64,000 nt of DNA from an uncultured delta proteobacterium (GTDB lineage Bacteria; Desulfobacterota; Binatia; UBA9968), in assembly GCA_963804165.1 (NCBI GenBank), contig CAWDPO010000002.1, positions 192,001 to 256,000 of the forward strand, written 5' to 3'. Within the stretch, counting starts at the first letter, position 1. Each line of letters starts with the position of its first letter. The position numbers and the translations under genes were made by a program. The notes below the pieces were generated by a model, which saw only the letters and a list, made by a program, of their open reading frames with translations, did not search any database and had not been told where the DNA came from. This document shows, piece after piece, positions 1-10,176 of this stretch.

Positions 1-14
1 AGGAAAGGCTCTGT

Positions 15-1013
15 ATGCCCTCATTCGGACTGACTTTGGCGAATCGCGGTGTAATTATCGGCGCGGTGACTGTTCCCGAGCTATTCGACATGGCGAAACG
101 GGGCGAGGACTCCGGCGCCTTCGACGCCGTCTGGGTCGGCGATAGTTTGCTGGCCAAGCCGCGCCTGGAATCCATCACTCTTCTTTCCGCGTTAGCGGTG
201 GTCACCAAGAAAGTGAAACTCGCGGTCGGCTGCATGGCGACGTTTCCACAGAGACATCCCGCGCTGCTCGCACAGCAATGGGCGAGCCTTGATGTGATCT
301 CCGCCGGGCGCTCCTGGCTCGCGGTCTGTCTGGGCGGGCCGAATGAGCAGAGTCCGGCGCAGGCGCTCGAGCACAAAGTCATGGGCATCAAAGACACCGA
401 GCGCGTCGGCCGGCTCGAAGAAGGCATCGTTATTCTAAAGAAACTGTTTCATGAGGAAAAAGCTTCACACCACGGAAAATATTATCAATTCGAAGGCGTG
501 ACGATTCAGCCGCGGCCGGTGCAGGATCCCTTGCCGATCTGGATCGCCAGCAATCCCACCGGTCTCACGTGGAAAGACGGCGCAAGCGCGCCGTCCCCGG
601 CCGTAGAAAAAGGCCTGCGCCGCGTGGCGAAGTTTGCCGACGGCTGGATGACCAACAAAGTCACGCCGGATGAATTTAAATCACAGTGGACGCGCATCCT
701 GGCGATGGCCAAAGAAGAAGGCCGCGACCCTTCGAAGATCGGCAGCTCGCTTTACCACAACATCAACATCAACGAGAATCGCCAGGCCGCGCTCGATGAG
801 AGCAAGGCGTTTCTCGATAAATACTACACGTCCAACTTCAGCATGAAATTCGTCGAAGGCTTCACCACCGCGGGAAGCCCGCAGCAGTGCATCGATGAGT
901 TGAAGGCCTACTTCGCCGCCGGCATCGAACATATTACTCTGCGCATGACCTCCTGGGATCAGCATAAGCATCTTAAACGATTTCTCGAGGAAGTGGTGCC
1001 GGCATTTCGCTAG
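15..1013 (+). CDS. Luciferase-like (LLM class) flavin-dependent oxidoreductase
   Basis: 332-aa ORF with LLM signatures (AVWVGDSLL, QPRPVQDPLPIWIA, ADGW); AGGA RBS upstream. Confidence 0.9.
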   Translation: MPSFGLTLANRGVIIGAVTVPELFDMAKRGEDSGAFDAVWVGDSLLAKPRLESITLLSALAVVTKKVKLAVGCMATFPQRHPALLAQQWASLDVISAGRSWLAVCLGGPNEQSPAQALEHKVMGIKDTERVGRLEEGIVILKKLFHEEKASHHGKYYQFEGVTIQPRPVQDPLPIWIASNPTGLTWKDGASAPSPAVEKGLRRVAKFADGWMTNKVTPDEFKSQWTRILAMAKEEGRDPSKIGSSLYHNININENRQAALDESKAFLDKYYTSNFSMKFVEGFTTAGSPQQCIDELKAYFAAGIEHITLRMTSWDQHKHLKRFLEEVVPAFR

Positions 1014-1050
1014 ACTTTTCACAAGGCTTCTTTGAGATGGAGCAGCCAAA

Positions 1051-2034
1051 ATGAAAAACTCTTTGCCTGTGCTTTTGTTTTTCGCCGTGCTTGTGGGTTT
1101 ATGCACCTTCGCGTCGAGTTCTGCCGTTGCCCAGGCTCAGCTCGAACGGATCACTATCGGCTATCCGGCTACGGCGATGAGCCACTTCCCGATCTTTGTC
1201 GGACGCGAATTTGGCCAGTTTCGCGAAGAAGGCCTCGACGCTCAACTGGTGCGAATGTCAGGCAATGTCGTCGTCGCTGCGCTGCTTTCCGGCGAGCTCG
1301 GCTACACGACTTCAGCCGATGTGACGATCCGGTCGCCTCTGCAGGGCCTGCCCATCAAAATGCTCGCGGCGATCGGCGTCAAGCCTTCTCTGTCGCTTAT
1401 CGTCCGGCCGGAAATCAAGACAGTCGCCGATCTCAAAGGTAAGGCGATCGCGGTTTCACTGCCGGGCACGACGACGGATTTTACCGCCCGCGAGATCGTC
1501 AAGCATTACGGCCTAAATCCCGAACGAGATATCACTACGTTGGGAATGGGCGATCAGCCGCAGCGTATCGCCGCCATGCAATCCAACGCGGCCGCTGGCG
1601 CCATTGTGACCCCACCCAACGATCTCAAGGCTGAGGCGCTCGGTTTTCGTCTGTTGGTTTTCACCGGAGACTTCATGGAGGACATGGTTCTGGGCGTGCT
1701 CGGCACGAGCGAACGAAGGATCAAAGAGCGGCCTGATCAGGTGAAGAAAATGGTGCGCGCCGTGGTGAAGTCGCTTGTTTATATTCGCCAGCAACCGGAG
1801 CAGGTGACTAATTTTGCCCAGCGTTTTTGGAAGCTAGACCGCAAGCAAGCCGAAAAAAGCTATGACCTTATTGTCAAAACCATGAGCCGCGATGGCAGCG
1901 CCACCGATGCGGCGATGCAAGCGGCGATTCGCCAAGCGAGAGCAACGAGCAAGATAGATAAAGAGCTCACGCCGGCACAGGCGATGGAGTTGAGCTTTCT
2001 TCGAGAAGTTCAACAAGAACTTAAGGTACGCTGA
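1051..2034 (+). CDS. ABC-type substrate-binding protein, NMT1/THI5/SsuA-like
   Basis: Signal peptide; F.EEGLD motif; IKTVADLKGK.IAVS; YGLNPERD. Confidence 0.88.
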   Translation: MKNSLPVLLFFAVLVGLCTFASSSAVAQAQLERITIGYPATAMSHFPIFVGREFGQFREEGLDAQLVRMSGNVVVAALLSGELGYTTSADVTIRSPLQGLPIKMLAAIGVKPSLSLIVRPEIKTVADLKGKAIAVSLPGTTTDFTAREIVKHYGLNPERDITTLGMGDQPQRIAAMQSNAAAGAIVTPPNDLKAEALGFRLLVFTGDFMEDMVLGVLGTSERRIKERPDQVKKMVRAVVKSLVYIRQQPEQVTNFAQRFWKLDRKQAEKSYDLIVKTMSRDGSATDAAMQAAIRQARATSKIDKELTPAQAMELSFLREVQQELKVR

Positions 2035-2078
2035 TCGGCTTGTAAGTATTTGTAATATCTTCTCAAGTCTAATTCACA

Positions 2079-2849
2079 ATGATTCAAGGAATCGATCATC
2101 TCGTGGTGGTTGTCAAAGACCTGGCACAGGCGATGACGGACTACCAACAACTCGGTTTCGCTGTGGTCCCCGGCGGACAACACCCGGTGGGCAGCCACAA
2201 CGCGCTGATTTCGTTTGAAGACGGCTCTTACCTGGAGATCATCGCTTTCTATCGCGAAGCGGTCGATCATCGCTGGTGGGATCCACTCAGTAAAGGCGAA
2301 CGTCTTGTCGACCTTTGTTTTCAAACCGACGATCTGCGCGGTGACACCGACAAATTGCGAGCGGCGGGAGTCGCGATCAACGATCCCGTGCCCTGGTCGC
2401 GCAAGCGTCCGGATGGCTATGAGCTAAGATGGTTGCTCTCCCTCGCCACCGGTAGCCACCGCGGTGTCGCGCCGTTTCTGATCGAGGACGTTACACCTAG
2501 GAGCGAGCGCATCCCGCAGCAGTTTCATCATGACAATTCCGTTTCGGGCATTGAAAAAGTCATTGTCGCCGTTGACGAATTGGCCGCTATTCAAAAGTGG
2601 TATCGTGCGCTGCTCGGTAGCAGCGGTCGAGACATCATGGACAGGGAGCTCGGTGCCGAGGGTTTAGCTTTTTACGCCGGGCCGCATGCAGTGGAATTTC
2701 TCACACCGCGCGACGCGGCCAGCCCATTGGTCGACTGGCTACGCCGGTTCGGGCCGTCGCCCTATTCTGCCGTGCTCAAGAGCAACGGCATTCAGGATAA
2801 GCCGTTGGATATTCGACTAACCCACGGCGCACAATTCATTATCCGATAG
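2079..2849 (+). CDS. VOC/glyoxalase-like family protein
   Basis: GIDHLVVVVKDL...GGQHP.GSHNALISFEDGSYLEI, typical of Glyoxalase_3. Confidence 0.85.
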   Translation: MIQGIDHLVVVVKDLAQAMTDYQQLGFAVVPGGQHPVGSHNALISFEDGSYLEIIAFYREAVDHRWWDPLSKGERLVDLCFQTDDLRGDTDKLRAAGVAINDPVPWSRKRPDGYELRWLLSLATGSHRGVAPFLIEDVTPRSERIPQQFHHDNSVSGIEKVIVAVDELAAIQKWYRALLGSSGRDIMDRELGAEGLAFYAGPHAVEFLTPRDAASPLVDWLRRFGPSPYSAVLKSNGIQDKPLDIRLTHGAQFIIR

Positions 2850-2874
2850 GACGAGCTTCGTCACGGAGGGATAG

Positions 2875-3567
2875 ATGACGCTTCAGGAAAAACTTGCGAC
2901 CGCATGCCGGATCCTCGCCATGCAGGGCCACAACGATATGATCTACGGCCATGTCTCGGCGCTCACGGATAATCCGGGACAATACTGGATCAAGGGTTCG
3001 GGCATCGGTCTCGAAGAGGTAACCGAAGACGACCTGGTGCTGATCGATTTTGACGGCAACACGCTCGCCGGCAAGCGCAAACGCCACAATGAATTTCCGA
3101 TCCACAGCGAGGTCTATCGGACCAACCCCGATATTCGCTGCGTGATCCATACGCACCCTACTTATTCGACGATCATCGCTTCATCCGAGCATCGCCTGCT
3201 CCCTATCACTAATTTGAGCTGCGCGTTCTACCCGCCGGCACTGAACAAATTCGAGGAATCTTCCGACCTCATCGTCACGGCGGAGCAAGGCAGTGCCGTG
3301 GCAAAACTATTGGGCGAGCACAAAATCGTGCTGTTGCGCAATCACGGGATCGTGGTCGCCGCCACTTCCATCGAAGAAGCCTGTATTCGCGGCGTTTTGC
3401 TGGAACACAGCGCCAAGACCCAGGTCACGGCGGCATCGATGGGCGCGTTCTCCTGGGCCACCGACGCCGAAGCGTTGATCAAGCGTAAACGAATTTATCG
3501 ACCCGACGCGATGATCAATCTTTGGGAATATTACGTGCGGATGCTACGAAAACACGAAGCGAAGTGA
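2875..3567 (+). CDS. Class II aldolase/adducin family protein
   Basis: GHVS, EFPIHSEVY, VIHTH, LLRNHG motifs. Confidence 0.9.
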   Translation: MTLQEKLATACRILAMQGHNDMIYGHVSALTDNPGQYWIKGSGIGLEEVTEDDLVLIDFDGNTLAGKRKRHNEFPIHSEVYRTNPDIRCVIHTHPTYSTIIASSEHRLLPITNLSCAFYPPALNKFEESSDLIVTAEQGSAVAKLLGEHKIVLLRNHGIVVAATSIEEACIRGVLLEHSAKTQVTAASMGAFSWATDAEALIKRKRIYRPDAMINLWEYYVRMLRKHEAK

Positions 3568-3569
3568 CT

Positions 3570-3641
3570 GTTCAAGGTTCCAAGTTCAAGGTTCAACGTC
3601 CGATCAATAACTTTGAACTTTTGAACCTTGAACGTTGAACC
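3570..3641. repeat. Inverted array of GTTCAA/TTGAAC heptamer-like repeats between convergent genes (probable bidirectional terminator hairpin)
   Basis: gttcaag-gttccaa-gttcaag-gttcaac ... ttgaact-ttgaacc-ttgaacg-ttgaacc. Confidence 0.7.
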
Positions 3642-3646
3642 GCTTC

Positions 3647-4834
3647 TTAGCGGTGCATCGCCACGAACGCAAATACCTTCGCTGCGTTAAAAACATTATT
3701 CAGCGCCACCAGATCGTGGTCGGTGTGCTGGAAACGGATATCGCGCGCGCCGTAGTTGATCGATTGAATGCCTCTGAAATTAAACAACCCGGTATCGTTC
3801 GCCGCCGTGGAAAAACTAAACTGGGGCTCGTAACCGAGCATCGTGCGAATGCCGTGCTCCAAAGCCTGGGTCACCTCGGCATCCTTGTTCACTTCGCTCG
3901 GATACATGAAGTCGCGCGGCGCGACTTCAATCTCGAACGGCTCAATTTCACCGATGGCGTCTTTCATCTGTTGGATCGCCTTGGCCGGATCGTCGCCGGG
4001 CAGCAAACGGCGGTCGAACATGATGCGGCACTCCCCCTGGATCGTATGCGTGGCCTTGGGAAAACTTTCGATGGCGTTGGCCGCAAGGCTGACTTTTCCC
4101 AGCTCGGCGTGAGTTCTTTCCTCGGGGAAAGGCATCAATGGTTTTAATCTTTCCAAAACCTTCATCGCGCCGTCGATGGCGTTGATGCCGTCCCAGGGCC
4201 GGCTGCTGTGCGCCTGCTTGCCGCGCACGGTCACGAGCACGTCGACGCGCCCTTTGTTGCCGAGCTGAATCTGCGGTGGACCGTCGATGACGCACCAGTC
4301 CGCTTCGACGCCGCCGTGGTCGAGCACGTAGGCCAATGAGTCATGCCGGCCGGTTTCCCCGGCCGTGCTGACGACAAAATATAAATCGCTCGGCAATTCC
4401 AGCTTGCTCGCGCCGATGAATTTGATCGCCGCCATCATCGCCGCCAGACTGCCCTTCTGTTCGCAGGCGCCGCGGCCCCACACGCATTCGCCGTCGAGCT
4501 TGTACGGCGCGCCGTCGACGATCGCGCCGGAATACGGATTCTGCATCGTGCTCGGCGCCGCGCACATGGCATAGCCGACGAGCATCAATCGGTCGCGGTG
4601 GGTTCGCCCTGTCAGGTGCAGAATCAGGTTCCCCATCTTGTCGATCCCCGGCTTGAGACCCGACTGTTCCAACTCTGGCTTGATCAGCTCGCGGATAAGC
4701 GCGAGAACCTGCGGTTCGGCTTCGAGCCGTTCCGTCTGCGGGCTGGCGTGCTGAACCAGCTTGACCGTCAACCGTTTGACCTCGTCGTAAGAGAGGTTTT
4801 TCTCGATCAGTTTCTTAGCAGTTCCTGCATCCAT
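3647..4834 (-). CDS. M20/M25/M40 family metallo-hydrolase (ArgE/DapE-like, atypical ligands)
   Basis: WGRGACEQKG, GKQAHSSRPWDGINAI, DRRLLPG; the first His/Asp ligands appear altered (GYAM, CEQK). Confidence 0.8.
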   Translation of the reverse strand: MDAGTAKKLIEKNLSYDEVKRLTVKLVQHASPQTERLEAEPQVLALIRELIKPELEQSGLKPGIDKMGNLILHLTGRTHRDRLMLVGYAMCAAPSTMQNPYSGAIVDGAPYKLDGECVWGRGACEQKGSLAAMMAAIKFIGASKLELPSDLYFVVSTAGETGRHDSLAYVLDHGGVEADWCVIDGPPQIQLGNKGRVDVLVTVRGKQAHSSRPWDGINAIDGAMKVLERLKPLMPFPEERTHAELGKVSLAANAIESFPKATHTIQGECRIMFDRRLLPGDDPAKAIQQMKDAIGEIEPFEIEVAPRDFMYPSEVNKDAEVTQALEHGIRTMLGYEPQFSFSTAANDTGLFNFRGIQSINYGARDIRFQHTDHDLVALNNVFNAAKVFAFVAMHR

Positions 4835-4870
4835 CTTACTCGCGCCTCATGCCTGTTGCCTCAAGCCTTT

Positions 4871-6643
4871 TCAATGTCCCTCGATCTCGCCGCCCACTTG
4901 GCCGATCCTCCGCGCGATCACGATCAACGTGATACAAATCAAGCTGACGATCAATGCCAGGGAACACATCGGACCCAAGTTGCCGTCCACGTAGAAATGA
5001 TAGAGCAACGGGCCCAGCGGCTCGGAGCCGGGCGAATAAAGAAAGATCGAAGTGCTGAACTCGCGGAGATAAATCGTCGCGAGGATAATCCAACCGGCGA
5101 GGAATCCGGGCCGGAGCAGCGGCAACAGCACGCGCCAAAAAGTAGTACGGAAGCTGGCGCCGCAGACCAGCGAGGCTTCCTGCAAGTCATTGTGGATCTG
5201 CACCACGGTGCTGGTCATGGTGCGCAGTCCGTAAGGCAGAAATCGAGTAATATAACCGATGAGCAGAATCCACAAAGTGCCGTAGATCGGCAACGGCACG
5301 TAGACGTAGGTCCATAGCAGACCGATCGCGAGAGCAGTGCCGGGGAAGGCCCAGGGAATGAATGTCAACGCTTCGATGATTCCGCGCCCTCGCCCCTTCG
5401 TCTTGGTCGTGACCCAGGCGGTCACGGCCGCCAAGAACATGCAGAGCGTCGCCCCCACCACGGCCAGGAAGAGGCTGTTTTTTAGCGCACGGTAGGTTCG
5501 CGTGTCGGTAAGGTTCGTGTGGTAATGCTCCCAGGTTAACAATCCCCAAGTCTTCGGTCCCGGCACGTGAACGTAGCTCACGACGGACACGTAGATGAGA
5601 ACGAGAAAGGGCAAAACCACGATCAATATGAGGATCAGTCCGGCAATCCCGGAAGCCAGATAACGCCATTTGCCGAGATCGATGATGGTCGGGCGGTAGC
5701 CGCGGCCGGTCACCGTCACATAGCGTTCCGAACGTGCGGTCAAACGGCGGTAAAAATAGACAAAAAGCATGGTGATCAGCAGAAGCGAAACACCGTAGGT
5801 CGCCGCGAGATTTTGATTGGGCGGAAAAGCGCCGATCGCTTCGCGGTAAATTTTCGTGGTAAACACCTCGATTCGCGCCGGCAGGGCGATGATCGCCGGA
5901 GTGTCGAAGCTCTCTATGGCACGGACGAAGTTTAGCATCGCCGCGGCCAGCAACGCCGGCCGGATAATTGGAAAGGTAATGTGCCACGCTATCTGAGCGT
6001 TGTTCGAGCCCGCCACGCGCGCCGATTCCTCGAGCGATGGGTCCATGGAGTAGAGCGACGCCGACACGATCAAAAAAGCCAAGGGCGTGGTAATCAATGC
6101 CTCGACAAAGATCATTCCCCCGATCGAGTAGATGTTCAGCGGCGCGTTGTCCAAGCCGAAGACTTCCATCAACAGACGGTTGATGAGCCCGGTGCGCGGG
6201 CTCAAGAGAACAGTCCACGACACCGCCAGCATCACCGGCGGAAAAATATTCGGGATGATCGCCGTCAATTCGAAAAATTTTCTGAACGGCGCATTGGTCC
6301 GGATCGCAATCCACGCCAGAGTCGCTGCCAGTGCAGTCGCCAATAGCGCCGAACCGGTGGCAAATATAAATGAATTGAAAAGCAGCTGGTAAGTGAGCGG
6401 ATCGCTGTAAGCCGTCACATAATGAGCCAGCGTGAAGTCTCCCGCCACTCCCAGCGGCTTACTCAAGAAGCTGCCATAGAAGAGCATCAGCGTCGGCGAA
6501 AGACTGAGAAAGGCGATGATCACGCCGACGACCAGAACCACCGAGAGCTGCGGATTCTGCCGAAACGCGCGCAGCGGTCGATCGAAAAGGCCGGTGGCAA
6601 GCGCTACGTCGTTGGTGAGCGTCGTGTTTTTCACGGGGGTCAC
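4871..6643 (-). CDS. ABC transporter permease, FbpB/ThiP-like (two BPD_transp_1 domains)
   Basis: Multiple TM segments; two EAA loops (LEESARVAG, LQEASLVCGA). Confidence 0.9.
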   Translation of the reverse strand: MTPVKNTTLTNDVALATGLFDRPLRAFRQNPQLSVVLVVGVIIAFLSLSPTLMLFYGSFLSKPLGVAGDFTLAHYVTAYSDPLTYQLLFNSFIFATGSALLATALAATLAWIAIRTNAPFRKFFELTAIIPNIFPPVMLAVSWTVLLSPRTGLINRLLMEVFGLDNAPLNIYSIGGMIFVEALITTPLAFLIVSASLYSMDPSLEESARVAGSNNAQIAWHITFPIIRPALLAAAMLNFVRAIESFDTPAIIALPARIEVFTTKIYREAIGAFPPNQNLAATYGVSLLLITMLFVYFYRRLTARSERYVTVTGRGYRPTIIDLGKWRYLASGIAGLILILIVVLPFLVLIYVSVVSYVHVPGPKTWGLLTWEHYHTNLTDTRTYRALKNSLFLAVVGATLCMFLAAVTAWVTTKTKGRGRGIIEALTFIPWAFPGTALAIGLLWTYVYVPLPIYGTLWILLIGYITRFLPYGLRTMTSTVVQIHNDLQEASLVCGASFRTTFWRVLLPLLRPGFLAGWIILATIYLREFSTSIFLYSPGSEPLGPLLYHFYVDGNLGPMCSLALIVSLICITLIVIARRIGQVGGEIEGH

Positions 6644-6731
6644 AGAAATACAAAGAGGACCGACCTTGCGCGGCCAACGCGCTGGCCAGTCCTCTTTTGG
6701 GGAAATCGAGTCAGAGCGATCCCGCCGGCAG

Positions 6732-7754
6732 CTATTTGCTGAAGAAGATTTCCCGGAAGGTATTGCTCATCAGCTTCTTGAACTCATCCTCAGACGGATT
6801 ATCCATGAAAATCATATTAGGAGCGACTTTCTCGGCGTCATTGATCGGCGGAAAGATTCCCGGATACATGACGAACTCGCCCTCTTCGGCGACCAGCTTT
6901 TGGCCCTCCGCCGAGCATATATACTCAAGATAGAGCTTCGCCGCGTTTGGGCGAGATGCCTTGGCGCCGACGCTCATATAGTTCGGGTCGGTCAAATATT
7001 TGTCCATCAGAACGTAACTCACCGGGCCTTTGTACTGTTTGACGTATTTGATGTAGGTGATGCCCACCGGCGCTTCGCCCTTGATAACCGTAGTTGTCAC
7101 CGGCGCCAAGGATTCAACCAGCAGCGGCTTTTGCTTGGCCAGCGCTTTGACGAAATCCAGCCATTTATCGCCCTTGAATTTGCTCAGATTCCAGAGAAAC
7201 TGAGCCGTGGTGGTATGGCGCGTGGGATCGGGCATGGTTATTTTGCCGGACCATTTGGGATTCAAAAGATCGTCGAACGTTTTCGGAAGTTCGCCCGACT
7301 TGACCATATCGGTATTGTACAGGATGCTGATCGGCAGCACCCGCCAGGGAGTGATCATGCCGTCTTTTTCCTTAAACTGGTCCGGGAACTTCGCAGACGA
7401 CGGCGGAATAAATTTCTGAAATAGCCCGTCATCGCGCATGATCAGCTGAACGCCGCGATTGCCTTCGATGACGTCGAAGCCGGGTTTGCCGGCGCGCCAT
7501 TCGGTCAGCGCACGCTCGGAAACCTGGGTCGACGAACCGCGCCAATACTCGACCGGAATGCCGTATTTCTTTTCAAACGCCGCATGTAGCGGTTTCATCG
7601 CCTGAGGCACCTGAGCCCCATAGACAATGACTTTGCCTTCCTGTTTCGCCGCGTCAACGTTAATGGCTTGAGCCGATAGATTACTGCGTGCTGCCGCGCC
7701 CACCGCAGCGACCACCGCCAAAACTGTGAACCAATAATTCACTTTTTGCCGCAC
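6732..7754 (-). CDS. Extracellular solute-binding protein (Fe3+/thiamine-like family)
   Basis: Signal peptide; AAKQEGKVIVY, LYNT, PKTFDDLLNPKW.GKI. Confidence 0.88.
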   Translation of the reverse strand: MRQKVNYWFTVLAVVAAVGAAARSNLSAQAINVDAAKQEGKVIVYGAQVPQAMKPLHAAFEKKYGIPVEYWRGSSTQVSERALTEWRAGKPGFDVIEGNRGVQLIMRDDGLFQKFIPPSSAKFPDQFKEKDGMITPWRVLPISILYNTDMVKSGELPKTFDDLLNPKWSGKITMPDPTRHTTTAQFLWNLSKFKGDKWLDFVKALAKQKPLLVESLAPVTTTVIKGEAPVGITYIKYVKQYKGPVSYVLMDKYLTDPNYMSVGAKASRPNAAKLYLEYICSAEGQKLVAEEGEFVMYPGIFPPINDAEKVAPNMIFMDNPSEDEFKKLMSNTFREIFFSK

Positions 7755-7838
7755 AAGTCCTCCTTTTGGTTTCGAGCCGGGTCAAAGGTATAAATTGAAC
7801 CGGTTGAAGTCAAGATCGTGTCAAAGCGTTTATCTCGG

Positions 7839-8855
7839 CTATTTTTTTAGGAAAAGCTGGCGAAACTCGCTTTGCAGCTTAGCCAGTTGATCGCCGCTGG
7901 CATCCTTCATCAGCAATAGACTACTGATAATTTTGTCGGCGCCCTGGATGTTCGGATAGATACCGGGAGCGAGAACGAATTCGCCGGTATCCGCCACTTT
8001 TTTCTGCCCTTCCGCCGAACAGAGATACTCGATAAACAACTTGCCCGCGTTCACATTGGGCGCTTTCGCGCTCAGTGCCGCGTCGCTCGGATCGGCGAAG
8101 ACTTTATCGATGGGCGCGAAGCTGATCGGGCCCTTAGTTTGTCCGGCGTATTGCACATAGGTGATGCCGACGGCGCTCTCGCCGCGGACGATGGCGTTGG
8201 GCACGGACGAATAGGATTCAACTAAATGAGGCTTCTGCTTGGCCAATCCGCGCACGAAATCCATCCACTTGTCACCCTTGAGCTGCTCCATGTTCCATAG
8301 GAATTGCGCCGTGCTGGCGTGGCGCGACGGATCCGGCATGCTGATCTTGTCCTGCCATTTGCCATCCAGAAGATCGTCAAAGGATTTCGGCACGTCCGCG
8401 CCCTTGACCAACTCGGTATTATAGAGAATGCCGACGGGCGTAACCCGCATCGCCGTGAGTTGCCCGTCGCTGTCTTTGAATTTCGCGGGAAAGCTACTGG
8501 CCGCCGCCGGCGAATATTTAGCATACACACCTTCCGGTTTCGCCAGTGCCAACGGGCCTCTCGCGCCAATCACCACGTCGAAGTTCGGCTTGCCCGCGCG
8601 CCACTCGGTGAGCACTCGGTCGATCACTTTGGTCGCGTCGCCGCGCCAGTACTCGGTCTTGATTCCGTACCGGGCTTCGAAGCCCTTTTGAATCAACGTC
8701 ATCACTTGCGGCACGATGGTGCCGTAGATCACGACTTTGCCTTCCTTCTTGGCGGCCTCGAGGTTGATGTTCTGCGCGCGCAGCGCTCCAGGCAAGGTTA
8801 GCGCTGCGACAATCGCGACGGCCGGCAAGAACGGATGTAAACGGATCGGTGACAT
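7839..8855 (-). CDS. Extracellular solute-binding protein, paralog of 6732-7754
   Basis: AAKKEGKVVIY, LYNTELV, MPDPSRH.STAQFLWN shared with neighbour. Confidence 0.88.
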   Translation of the reverse strand: MSPIRLHPFLPAVAIVAALTLPGALRAQNINLEAAKKEGKVVIYGTIVPQVMTLIQKGFEARYGIKTEYWRGDATKVIDRVLTEWRAGKPNFDVVIGARGPLALAKPEGVYAKYSPAAASSFPAKFKDSDGQLTAMRVTPVGILYNTELVKGADVPKSFDDLLDGKWQDKISMPDPSRHASTAQFLWNMEQLKGDKWMDFVRGLAKQKPHLVESYSSVPNAIVRGESAVGITYVQYAGQTKGPISFAPIDKVFADPSDAALSAKAPNVNAGKLFIEYLCSAEGQKKVADTGEFVLAPGIYPNIQGADKIISSLLLMKDASGDQLAKLQSEFRQLFLKK

Positions 8856-8870
8856 GGACGAACCTCCTTG

Positions 8871-8930
8871 GTAGGGGCGACCCTATGTGGTCGCCCGTCC
8901 GAAAGGGCAGACACGCAGGTCTGCCCCTAC
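8871..8930. repeat. GTAG-headed REP-like doublet palindrome
   Basis: GTAGGGGCGACC..GGTCGCCC / GGGCAGAC..GTCTGCCCCTAC; related copy at about 33227-33290. Confidence 0.7.
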
Positions 8931-8976
8931 ATGAACAAACGTGGAATTCAAATTGAACCGCGGCGCAATCCCAACC

Positions 8977-9960
8977 CTAACCCACCATTTCTCGAACCAT
9001 GCGCAGGACCTGCATCCGCGCTTGCTGGGTTCCCATCGGCAAGACAACCGGCAACTGGAGTCCCCCGCCAACGAACGACTCGAGCTGCTTGCGGCAATCG
9101 TTCGGTGTGCCGGCGACAGAGTGCGCGAAAACGACCTCGTCGCTAATGAATTTCTTAGCCGCTTCCCAATCGCGCTTGCTCACCGCCGCCGCCAATCCCT
9201 CCTGGTCGATCATGGCGCCGCCCAGGCGAATGTTTTCCGTATGGTGCGTATTGCGAAAGATATATGCGAGAAACATCTTGTTCGCTTCGATCGCTGCGCG
9301 CGCATCGTCGGCCACTGACGCGGTTACGAAGCCGGCAACGTCGATGTCCTTGAGAGCCTTGCCGGACCTCTGTGCGCCGTGTTCGATTTCGCCCACACAT
9401 TTTTGAATATAGCCCGGCGCGCATCCCGCCGACAGCAAAACGCCGTCGCCGATCTCGCCGCCGAGCTGCAGCATGCGCGCGCGCACGGCGGTGATGTACA
9501 TGGCAATTGGCGCTGCGGGCATAAAACCCATTTTCGCGCCATTGATTTGAAACATCTTGCCTTGAAAACTGACCGTTTCGCCCTTGAGAAGCCGGCGCAA
9601 GATCTCGACGTATTCGCGCATGGTCTGGAGCGGATGCGGCGATTCGATGCCGGCTTCCTTCAACGCCGCTGCGTTGCCCGTGCCCGGGCTGGCGATCACC
9701 CGTCCCGGCGCGAACTCATCCATTGTCGCAATCGACATCGCCGAAATGATCGGCGTGCGCGAGTATGGGCTCATGGGCGCCGGCGCGACTTTGATTTTCT
9801 TTGTCGAAGCGAGCAACGCCATCGACGTCGTTAGCGAGTCGCGAAAGCAAAGATGATCCGACATCCAGATCGACTCCATGCCAATCTCATCCGCCAGCAG
9901 AGCGAGCTCGATCATCTCTTGAATCGAATAGAATCCGTCAAAACAAAGTCCAACACGCAT
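8977..9960 (-). CDS. LLM class flavin-dependent oxidoreductase (Mer-like)
   Basis: MRVGLCF...SIWMSDH, GEIGDGVLL; start assigned to ATG at 9960. Confidence 0.88.
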   Translation of the reverse strand: MRVGLCFDGFYSIQEMIELALLADEIGMESIWMSDHLCFRDSLTTSMALLASTKKIKVAPAPMSPYSRTPIISAMSIATMDEFAPGRVIASPGTGNAAALKEAGIESPHPLQTMREYVEILRRLLKGETVSFQGKMFQINGAKMGFMPAAPIAMYITAVRARMLQLGGEIGDGVLLSAGCAPGYIQKCVGEIEHGAQRSGKALKDIDVAGFVTASVADDARAAIEANKMFLAYIFRNTHHTENIRLGGAMIDQEGLAAAVSKRDWEAAKKFISDEVVFAHSVAGTPNDCRKQLESFVGGGLQLPVVLPMGTQQARMQVLRMVREMVG

Positions 9961-10037
9961 GACCCAACTCCTAATGTCCGCTAATGCGTCGAGCGACAAC
10001 TGTTGGAAATGCCCCCATCATCTTATCGTCTTCTCCA

Positions 10038-10147
10038 TGTCATCCTGAGCCAGAGGCGAAGGATCTGATTTTGTCTAGTCGCACGCCTAGTCGGTGTTGT
10101 TGTTTTTGGAAACGAGATTCTTCGTCGCCTGGCTCCTCAGAATGACA
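10038..10147. repeat. TGTCATCCTGAG..GAAGGATCT / AGATTCTTCG..CTCAGAATGACA REP-like inverted pair
   Basis: Inverted pair visible; half-copy also at about 32290-32316. Confidence 0.6.
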
Positions 10148-10176
10148 TGCCCTGTTACTCGAATTTCCCGCAGAAC

